Shown: in pieces, positions 52,915 to 64,000 of the stretch
How the letters are laid out: each line of letters starts with the position of its first letter
How positions within the stretch are numbered: the stretch's first letter is position 1
Assembly (NCBI RefSeq): GCF_009914755.1
Contig: NC_060929.1
Length of the DNA stretch: 64,000 nt
Source: the human T2T-CHM13v2.0 reference genome, Homo sapiens
Reading direction: 5' to 3' (one strand)
Made by a program: the position numbers and the translations under genes
The notes under the pieces: generated by a model
Seen by the model: the letters and a program-made list of their open reading frames with translations, nothing else
Database searches by the model: none
Told to the model about the DNA's origin: nothing

Positions 52915-55900
52915 TTCATTTTATTTTGCTTTTCTTTTATTGGTACATAATATTTTACATATTTATGGGGTAGATGTAAGTATTTGTTACATGCATAGAA
53001 TGTGTAATGACTAAATCAGGGTATTTGAAGTATACATCACCTTGAGTATTTATCATTTCTATGTGTTGGGAACATCTCAAGTTCTCTCTGCTAGCTACTT
53101 TGAAATATACACTGCATTGTTGCTAACTATAGTGATTCTACTCTGCTATCAAACATTAGAACATATTCTTCTAACTGTATGTTTGTAATCATTAACCAAC
53201 TTTTCTCCATTCCCCTTCTCACCCACACACCCTTCCCAGGCTCTGGAATCTGTTCGTCTATTCCCTATTTCCAACAGGTCAACTTTTTAAGCTCTCACAT
53301 ATGGTGAGAATATGTTGTATTTGTCATTCCATGCCTTGCTTATTTCATTTAACATAATGACTTTTAGTTCCATCTGTGTTGCTGCAAATGACATGATTCC
53401 TTTTTATATCAGAATAGTGTTCAGTTGTATATTTATAACAAATTTTCTTTATCCATTATCTATTGATAGACACTTAGGTTGATTTTATTTCTTTGCTACT
53501 GTGAATAGTATTGTGATAAACAAGCAAGTGCAGGTATCCCTTTTATATCTTGTTGGTCTTGCTGAAGAACAGTTGGCTATAAATATGTGAATTTATTTCT
53601 GGGTTATCTATTCTGTTCCATTGGTCTGCCTGTCTGTTTTTATACCAATGCCATGCTGTTTCGTTATCATAACATTGTAATGTATTTTGAAGTCAGGTAG
53701 TGTGATACCTCCACTTTTATTACTTTTACTCAGGGTTGCTTTGGCTATTTGGGCTCTTTTCTCATTTGGATAAATATCCAGTAGTGGGATTGTTAAATTA
53801 CATGATAGTTTTACTTTTATTTTTTGGAAAAATCTCTATGTTGTTTTTCATAGTCACAATACTAATTTACATTTCCACCAAGAGTATATAAGACCTATGT
53901 TTTCTTTATGTCCTCATCAGCATCTATTATTTTTTGTCCTTTTAATAACAGCTATTCTAACTGTGGTAAGATGATATCTCATTGTAGTTTTAATTTGCAT
54001 TTTCCTGATGATTAGTGATGCTGAACTTTTTTTTTCATATACCTGTTGGCCACTTGTATGTCTTCTTTTGAGAAATGGCTATTTATGTCCTTTGCCTATT
54101 TTAAAATAAGATTATTATTACTTTTTTATTGTCGAGTCAAGCTGTTTCAGTTCCTTGTATATTCTGGATATTAGTTCCTTCTTGGATAAATAGTTTGCAA
54201 ATATTTTTTGCCATTCAACAGGCTGTCTCTACATTCTGTTGATTGCTTCCTTTGCTATGCAGAAGATTTTAGTTTAATGTTCAGTTTGTCTGTTTTTGTT
54301 ATTTGTGTCTTTGAGGTCATAGATGTAAAATCTAAAATCTTTGATTAGACCAATGTTCTGAAGTATTTTCCTTCTAGTAGTTTTGTATTTTCAGGTCTTA
54401 CATTTAAGTCATCAATTCATCTTCAGTTGATTTTCTAATATGGTGAGAGATAGCCTTGTTTTATTCTTCTGCAAATGAGTTTCCAGTTTTCCCAACACCT
54501 TTTATTAAAGAGGATGTCCTTTCCCCAGTGTATGTTCCTGATTGTTTTGTTGAAGATCAGTTGGCTATAAATATGTGAATTCATTTTTGGGTTATCGAAG
54601 CTGTTCCATTGGTCTATTTGTCTATTTTTATACCAATACCATGCTGTTTTCATTATAATAGCATTGTAATGTATTTTGAAGTCAGGTCGTGGGATACTTG
54701 CACCTTTATTATTTTTGCTCAGAATTGCTTTGTCTATTTGGGCTCATTTTTCATTCCATATGAATTTTAGTGTTGTTTTTCTAATTCTGTGAAAAATGAC
54801 ATTGGTATTTTGATAGGGATAGCATTGAATCTGTAGATTGATTTAGGAAGGAAGATCATTTTAATGATATTAATTCTTCTGATCCATAAGTATGAAATCT
54901 CTTTCCATTTGTGTCCTCATTCAATTTCTTTCATCAGTGTTTTGTAGTTATTTTTACTTGTATAGATCTTTCACCTCCCTGGTTAAATTTATTCCTAGGT
55001 TTTTTCTGTAGTTTTTATAAATGAGATTACCTTTATGATTTCTTTTTCAGTTATTTCATTATTGGTATATAGAAACTGTAGTGATTTTTGTATGTTGATT
55101 TTGTATCCTGTAGCTTTACTAAATTTATCAGTTCTAAGAGTTTTTTTTTTGGTGGAATCTTTTGATGTTTCTAAATATAAAATTATGTCATCTGCAAAGA
55201 GGGACAATTTGACTTCCTCTTTTTCAATTTGGATGCCTTTTATTTCTTTCTCTTGCCTGATTGCTCTAAGATTCCCACTATTTTGTTGAAAAGGAGTGAT
55301 GAGAGTGGACATCATTCTCTTGTTCTGGTTCTTAGAGGAAAGGGATTTAACTTTTCCTCATTCAGTATGATGTTAGCTGTGGGTTTGTCATAAATGACCT
55401 TTGTTATTTTGGGGAATCTTACTTCTATACCTAGTTCACCGAGTTTTTATCATAAAGAAAATTATTAATTTTATCAAATGATTCTGCACCTATTGAGATG
55501 ATCATATGGTTTTGTCCTTCATTTTTTAAAAACCTTGCATGTGGCATCCAGTGTCTTTCATTGTTTTGATTTGATGTATTCTGTTTTTTGAATTGCATAT
55601 GTTGAATCACCCTTGCATTCTTTGGTATAAATCTCATTTGATCATGGTGTATTATTTTTTTGAGGCATTTTGGGATTTTGTTTTTCTTGTATTTTATTGA
55701 GGAATTTTGCATGTATGTTAATCAGGAATATCGATCTGCTTTTTTCTGTGTGTATGTGTTTTTGCTGGGTTTTGGTATTAGGGTAATGCTAGCCTTAGAG
55801 AATGAGTTAGGGAGAATTTCCTCCTGTTCAATTTTTTAAAATAGTTTCAGGAGGTATTAGTTCTTCTTTGTACATTTGGTAAAATTTGGCAGTGAATCCA

Positions 55901-58900
55901 AAAAATCCTGGGCTTTTCTTTGTTTTATTACTAACTCAATTGTGATATTTGTTATTGTACTGTTCAGGTTTTCTATTTCTTCCTGGTTCAATCTTGTTAG
56001 GTTGTATGTGTCTAGAAATTTATCCATTTTTTTCCTAGATTTTTCAGATTGTTGACAAATAGTTGTCCATAATGGTTTCCAATTGTCTTTCGTATTTCTG
56101 TGTTATCAGTTATAGTGTCTCCTTTTGCATATCTGATTTTGCCATTTGGGTCTTATCTCTTCTTTTCTTTTCTTGGTTAGTCTAGCTAGTAGTTTAACAA
56201 TTTTGTTTAATTTTTTGAAGGATTTTGTGTTTCTCTCATCCTTTATATTGTTTCATTAGCCTCTATTTCATTTAGTTATGCTCTGATTTTTATTTTTTCT
56301 TCTGCTAATTTTAGGTTTGATTTGTTCTTACTTTTCTGATTCCTGAAGAGCATCATTAGATTGTTTATTTGAAATCTTTCTACTTTTTAAAAAATGTAGA
56401 CATTTATTGCTATAATTTTTTTCTCTTTTCTCTATCCCACAGAGTTTGATACATTGTATTTCCATTTTCATTTGTTTTAAGAAATGTTTTGATTTTCACC
56501 TGAATTTATCCATTGTCCCAATGATCATTCAGGAGCATATTTTAAATTTTCATGTATTTGTATAATTTCCAAAGTTCTTCTTGCTATTGATTTCTTGTTT
56601 TATTTCATTGTTATCTGAGAAGATACTTGATATGTTTTTTAAAAATTTTATGAGACATGTTTTCTGTCTTAACATATGGTCTATCCTGGAGAATGTTCCA
56701 CGTGCTGGTTAGAAGAATGTGTATTCTGCTGTTGTTGGAGAAAATGTTCTGTTAATGTCTGTTAGATCCATTTGGTCTAAAACTCAGTTTAAATCCAGTG
56801 GGTCTTTGTTGATTCTCTGTCTAGATGATCTGTCTAATGCTGAGAGTAGAGTGTTGAAATCCCCCATTATTATTGTATTGGAGTCTATCTCTCTTTTTAG
56901 TTCTGATAATATTTGCTTTATAAATCAGGGTGCTACAGTGTTGGGTGCATATATTTAGAACTGTTATATCCTTTTGCTGGATTGATCCCTTTATCATTAT
57001 GTAATGACCTTGTCTTCTTTATTAAATCTTTTTGACTTAAAGTCTGTTTTATCTGATATAAATATAACTATTCATGTTTGCTTTTGTTTTTTTGTTTGCA
57101 TTGCTTATCTTTTCCCATCATTTTACTTTCAGGCTATATGTGTTTTTACAGATAAAGTGCATTTATTGTAGGCAGCATTAGTTTGATCATTGTTCCCCCT
57201 TCACTCAGCCAGTCTATATCTTTTATGTGGAGAATTCATCCATTTATATTCAATGTTATTATCAATATGTGAACTTCTGTTTCTGTCATATTTTAACTGT
57301 TTTCTATATTTTTTCCTTTTTTTTGTTTTACTGTTTTTCATTGTTCTTTGTTGGCTTTCTGTAGTAGTACCATTTAAGACCTTTATCTTCCTTATTTGTG
57401 TTGCTTACCAGTGAGTTTTATACTTTTATGTGTTTTTATAACAGTAAATGTCATCATTTCACTTCCATGGTTAAGACTCTCTTGAATATATCTTGTAGGC
57501 CTAGTCTTGTAGTGATAAATTCCCTTAGCATTTGCTTGTCTGGAGAAGACTTTATTTCTTCTTAGCTGATGAAGGATAATTTTAGTGGGTATAGTATTCT
57601 TGGCTGACAGTATTTTTTCTTTCAACACTTGAAATATCTTATTTCCTCCTGGCCTACAAGATTTCTGCCAAGAGGTTTGCTTTCATCTGATGGGGCTTCC
57701 TTTATAGGTGACTAATTTTTCTTGTTGTTTTTAGAATTCTCTCTTTGTCTCTGACTTTAGAGAGTTTCATTGTAATGTGGACTGGAGAAGACTGTTTTGT
57801 ATTGTATCTGTTTGGGGATAACTTAGTCTCATGTATCTGGATGTCTAAATCTCTTGCTGGGCTTGGGAAATTTTAATCTATTATTAAACAGGTTTTCTAA
57901 CCCTTTCATCTTTTCTTCACCTTCTGGGACCCCAGTAATTTGAATATTTTGTCACTCCCTGGTATCCCATATGTCTTGAAGGCTTTGTTCATTCTCTTAA
58001 AATTCTTTTTTTTTTTTTTAATTTTCATCTGACTGGGTTATTTTGAAAGAGCTATCTTCAAGTTCTGAGATTCTGTATTCTCTTTCATCTGGTCTGTTGT
58101 CGAAGCTTTTGAATGTATTTTAGTTTTCATTCAATAATTCTTCAGTTCCAGAATTTCTGTTAGATTCTTTTTATGATATCTATCTGGTAAACTTCTCATT
58201 CAGATCATAAATTATTTTTCTGCATTATTTTTTAGAATTATTTTGTATCTTGTTAAGCTTTATTAAAATCAATATTGTAAATTCTTTTTCAGGGATTTTG
58301 TAAATTATTTTTGATTGGGATCTGTTGCTGGAGAATTACTGTGTTTTTTTGGTGGTATCATATATCCTTGCTTTTTCAGGTTTTCTGTGTTCTTACATTG
58401 CTATCTGCACATCTGCTGTAATGGTCACCTCTTCCAATGTTTTTGAATTTACTTTCATAGAGGAGAATTTTTTTCCTGAAGATATACTTATGGTTTTGAT
58501 TGGGTAGAGAACTTTGACCTTGATTTTGAGTATACACAGTAGTGTAGTCTTTATATGATATCTTCAGATATAAACAGCATTAGTGGAACCTATGATTTTC
58601 TTGGCAGCTTTGAGTGTGGTTATTAGTTGAGGCTGTGGTAAAGTTTTTCTGGGGACTGGAATGCCAGATCAGTCAGTCTTTGGGCTGCAGTGGTGGGCTG
58701 AGAATGCCTGTCTTTGAGCCCAGAGCAATGTATGTTGGCTACAGTGTTAGTGAGTTCAGCGAGCCAGGCAGGTGGGTGGGCCAGTTGCCAGGTCTGCAGG
58801 TGGCACATACATGTAGGTGCCAGCTGTGATGATAGTGGCAGGGTGGGTAAGCTCAACCCCAGACCCCCAGAAGGAGTGCTCAGGTGCCAACTGTGGTAGA

Positions 58901-59300
58901 TTGAGCTGGGCAATCCCCAGGCCCCCAGATTACATACTCTGGCATTGGGGGAACAAATTTGGGCCAGGGGGGCTTGTCTTCAGGTTCCCTGATGGTGTAT
59001 GTAGGCAGCAGCTGTGGAAGGCAAGGGAAGGATGATCCCTGGGCCCCTGGTGGCATGCTCATATTGGGGGCAATAACAACTGTGCTGTGGATCTGCCTTA
59101 GGAGGCCAGGGGCTGCCTTTAATGGCAGCAGCCTAGGTTGGCTAACGGGAAACACATGCCTTGCTCTTGCTTCAACATCAGTGGTGCTCGCTGATCAGCT
59201 TCAGCAGTGGTTAGCCAGGTTAGAGGGGGCTCTTTCTTCTTCTGGGTTAAGGTTGAATTCCTGGCTCTGCAGCAGGCCTCCACGCATTCCTCTATGACTG
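52915..59300 (-). mobile_element. Near-full-length L1MA (L1MA2/3-like) LINE-1, degraded
   Basis: 3'UTR tacatatttatgggg...gcatagaatgtgtaatga; ORF2 remnants (54995-55315 with FADD); ORF1 remnant near 57392-57628; GC-richer 5'UTR near 58600-59300 (5' boundary approximate). Confidence 0.85.
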
Positions 59301-60466
59301 GGATGGGGGGAAATGTCTTGTTACTTCTCCACTGACACCATGATTTGGGGATGACCTCATTAACACTAGGAGGTAATGGAAGTTTAGACTCTGCATAGGC
59401 CTCCTCTGACACCACTCACCTGTGCAGGACGGGAGGCGACTCATTACTTTTGTGTGTTTGTGGGAAGTCCAGGCTTCCACAGTGGTCCCTACTGACACAA
59501 TGGGGGATGGGAGCTCATTATCACTTGAACAAAAAGAAAATCATTGCTTCCTTCTCTGATACCACCTGCTGAGGGTAAGGGGTTTGGGGCACCTGGTTAT
59601 AGCTTCTTTAAGGGGGAAATCTAGGCTCCTCACTGAATCTTTGCTGGCATAGTTGGCGTTGGGAACATAATTTTCTCTGTGGTGTTCAGCTGGAAAAGAG
59701 TAGTTATTATCTGACAATTTTCTGTCTTGCTAAACTGTTCATTTCCTGGTATTTTGGTTGGAGGGAGCAGCTTTTTGATGGTGATACTTTAGTTTGTGCT
59801 CATTGACATTACCAAATTGCTGGCTTCTTTAGCACCAAGTCTGGGACCTGTGAAGTAAAAAGAAAACCCAGAAAATGTACCCCCCTGTTGTTCCTTGGGT
59901 CTCAAGTTTCCTAGTCAGTCTACCTTCTCTTCTCCAGCTTTCAGAATCTTCATATGTTTGTTTCATATACAATGCCCAGATTTTCTAGTTGTACTTAACA
60001 GGTGAAATAGGGAAAATTATGTCTATTTCATTTTTCTGGAAGTGGAAGTCTAGCAAAGATACGGTAGCTTCAAATTAAAAAGTTTCCATTGTTAGGGGTT
60101 TGTTTTCCCTGTACCCATTCATCCTTCATTTTGTTCTATGAGAATAATTTTAAATGCATTCCTGAGCCCTTTAATTCTTCCCTGGACAAAGTTATTTGCA
60201 CATCACTGCCTTCTAAACTGTATTCTTTGAATTATAATAGAGACAATCTGTTCCAGGCATGAGAAACTTGCTAGTTATGGTACTAATGAATAATGATTTA
60301 TTTCTGCTCTCTTTTGCTACTTTTTTTAAGGGGAAAGAACTTTGTTACTCAGAGACATTTAGTAGTGGGCTGAGAATTATTTAGTGGAAGTAATAGCCTA
60401 AAAGGAAAACACGGCAGAAGGCTGAAAGTTTAGCTAGATTTACAATATAAAGTATAGAGTTACTGT

Positions 60467-60895
<429 letters not shown>

Positions 60896-62875
60896 TCAGG
60901 AAAGGGAGTTTTAAGAAGTGTTTTATGTAATAAAGGGAATACGCCTTAGGTGATTTCCATAAAGTTGTAAATAGTTTTTGTTCATTTGTGTACATCAAGA
61001 CTATTTTTTCCTTGAGTGCAAAAAGATGCTAAGAATGAGCCATGAAGCAGTTGAACTTTATATGTAAGAAAACTGGTATTTGATATATTTGATATAAATG
61101 ATAGTTTCAGTGGGAAAACATAGGTCAGAGGCTTGAGAATTTTAGACTGTTAGTAACAAAGTTACGTTCTTTTGGAATTTAAGAAAATGAATGTATAGCT
61201 ATAAAACCTGAGCATCACTGAGCATATTTAGAGCTTATCTCTAGCTTTTGTCCAATAGTACTGACCATTGTTTCTCTACCCCAAATGGCACACTACTATT
61301 GTACATTCTTTTAACAATCACTTTTATCATCTATTATTTAAGGAAAGTAAATATAAGATGAATTGCAAGCTGAGTTTCAAGCACTGTAGTTTTTCTTTCT
61401 ATTCTCCATGATAAGTTTTAATTATAAGCAATAGTGATTTATAAAATGCAAGTTAATTGACTGTATTATATTTGAAATCATCTGGGAAACTTTTGCTGCT
61501 GGAGAAACATTTGCATTGTGAGGGAAAAAATTTTCCATGGTTAAATGCTTGGTGTGGTTGCTGCATACTCTATGCTCCTTGGAATAGTACAGGCTCTGGA
61601 GTGTTCTTCCATGAGGAAACCAAGATAGCCTATTTCCAAGCGTTGGTATTCCAAAACCACTTTTATCTTAGAGCCCTTATCCACCTCTTCTGAAACATTC
61701 TTCAAAGCAAAGGATGGGAAGTGCTGATTAATTAACTATGCCCAAGAAATGACTCTTCTTGGTTGGGATAAAACCTAGGATCACTTTTTCTCTTTTTTAG
61801 CAAAGGCCCACTTCTGTTCTTCAGTGAGATAGAGATTTCAGCACTCCCAGAGTTTCTTTCTCTTTATATCCTGATATGTGCCTAGAAGTCCAGTTATTAC
61901 CTGCATTGAATCTTTCATTGATTAGGGAAGATGATGGGGTGAGTCAATCAGGGAGTGGAGGATTGCTCAGGTTTCTTTTATTACTTCCCTTATAGTAGAA
62001 ATTGTGGACTCAAGTGCCATCCAGTATCACTGAAGGACAGGTTTATAAAAATATAAAAGACAAGCAAGCAGCTTTTCAGATAAAGACTAACCTTTTTAGC
62101 AGGGGATTTGCAGATACTACCATCTTTGGCAAGGGCACACAGACCATTCAGAAAACAATGGGTTCCACAATCACAGTCTGTTTCTCATGAGGAGGAAAAA
62201 TAATGACATTTTAGTGATGGAAAACTAATACAGAGGATGTTTGAAGGGCCTCACAGCATGGTGACCTTCAGAGAATCTCGGAATGAGAATCACCATGTTA
62301 CTTTTCAGTTGATTCTCTTTTGTCTCTGTCTTCATTATAGAGAAATGTAATATTGTGTAAGAGTTATAATATTGATCATTACCACATAGATTTTACGTTT
62401 GATGAGTCCAATTATGTCCTTCCAAATATAACAATGACTTTATTTCTTAGCTCAATTTAGTCTTTTATTCTAGGTAAATGATTTCCCACAGAAACTTTTG
62501 CCCCAGGAAAATGATTTTTCCCTACTATGTTTATTTCTAACACCAATCTTCTGCTTTATATTTCTTCCTTACTTTCCTTACTAATTCTGCATAGCTCACT
62601 CCAATTTTCTTTGGCTAAATAAATATTGCTTACTCTTTTTTGGTCTGAGCTTCACTTGTTTCAACAAGTTTTTATGGCTAACCTGGCTGAGGACAATTTC
62701 ACTCTCCTCTGAAGTTCTGTCGCATTGAAAGTACCACCAAGTTTGGCATCTCTTTCAACTACCTTTGCTTGTATTTCATGTTTGTCTTCTCTTCTATAGA
62801 ATCTATGTCCTCTTAGGTTGCTGACTGTATTTTTCATTTGATATGTATCTTTTGCAGCATCTAGGAAGTATCAGT

Positions 62876-64000
62876 ATTTTTTCTCCATATCCTCGCCAGC
62901 ATTTGTTATTGCCTGGTTTTTGGATAAAAGTCATTCTAACTGGGGTGAGATGATGTCTCATTATAGTTTTGATTTGCATTTCTCTGATGATCAATGACGT
63001 TGAGCACCTTTTCATAAACTTGTTTGCCATTTGCATATCTTCTTTTGAGAAATGTCTTTTCAGATCTTTTGCCAATATTTTATTTGGGTTATTACATTTT
63101 TTCCTATAGAGTTGTTTGTACTCCTTATATATATTTTAGTTATTATTCCCTTGTTAGAGGGGTAGTTTGCAAATATTCTCTCCCATTTTATTGGATGTCT
63201 CTTCACTTTGTTGATTGTTTCCTTTGCTCTGCAGAATCTTTTTAACTTGATGTGATCCCATTTGTCTACCTTTCTTTGTTTGCCTGTGCTTGTGGGTATT
63301 ATTCAAGAAATTTTTGCCCAGATCAGTGTCCTAGAGAATTTTCCCAATGTTTTCTTGTAGTAGTTTCATAGTTTGAGGTGTTAGATTTAAGTCTTTAATC
63401 TATTTTGATCCAAATTTTTGTATATGGTGAATGATGGGGTCTAGTTTCATTGTTTTGCATATGGACATCCAGTTTTCTCAGCACCATTTATCGAAGAGAC
63501 CATCTTTTCCCCAGTCTAAGTTCTTGGTACCTTTGTCAAAAATGGGTTCAATGTAGTTGTGTGAATTTGTTTCTGGGTACTCTATTTTGTTCAATTGGTC
63601 TATGTATCTGTTTTTATGCCAGTACCATGCTGCTTTGGTTACTATAGCTATGTAGTATAATTTGAAGTCAAGTAATGTGATTCCTCCAGTTTTGTTCTTT
63701 CTGCTCATGATATCTTTGGCTATTCTGGGTCTTTTGTGGTTCCATATAAATTTTTGGATTGTTTTTTCTATTTCCATGAAGAATGTCATTGGTATTTTGA
63801 TAGGGATTGAATTACATCTGTAGATTGCTTTGGGCAGTTTGGACATTTTAACAATGTTGATTCTTCCAATCCAGGAACATGGACTATCTTTCCATTTTTG
63901 GTGTCCTCTTCAACTTATTTCATCAGTGTTTTACAGTGTTAATTGTAGAGATATTTTACCTCTTTGGTTAATTCCTAGGTATTTAATTTTATTTGTGACT
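62876..64000 (-). mobile_element. L1M1/L1MA-type ORF2 fragment, continues past the window end
   Basis: ORF2 remnants 62803-63075 ([16 protein letters not shown]) and 63478-63846 ([12 protein letters not shown]). Confidence 0.9.

Noticed and set aside
58614-59498. GC-richer stretch with many overlapping ORFs
   Set aside because: Position and composition fit the degraded 5'UTR of the L1MA and older L1M

Overview
Hominid (human or close great-ape) non-coding DNA made mostly of transposable-element sequence. I find no supportable host-gene exon or RNA gene, and nearly all long ORFs in the track are L1 ORF1/ORF2/ORF0 fragments or antisense by-products of repeats. The window holds three full-length, TSD-flanked L1PA elements of different ages, all with broken ORF1 and ORF2: 6660-12679 (-), 24978-31039 (+, L1HS/L1PA2-like, GCG/G type) and 44709-50846 (+, about L1PA6). 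It also holds a 5'-truncated L1PA7-like copy, a near-full L1MA, about 9 Alus, a MER11 solo LTR, a complete THE1A LTR-int-LTR, a near-full Tigger1, and many older MaLR/ERVL/hAT/L2/MIR remnants. The most interesting structure is not in the repeat list: (1) an old inversion of about 8.5 kb, shown by a split MST LTR and a nested ERV1 LTR whose end is duplicated in inverted orientation at both breakpoints; (2) patchwork sharing of non-consensus variants between the oppositely oriented L1s (gene conversion, or an assembly artefact); (3) a near-perfect 81-nt hairpin probably made by template switching; (4) a 135-bp dispersed duplication; (5) a short 3' transduction tag on the young L1. I see no evidence for a wholly new biological system. 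Subfamily names come from recalled consensus sequences and need RepeatMasker/Dfam confirmation.
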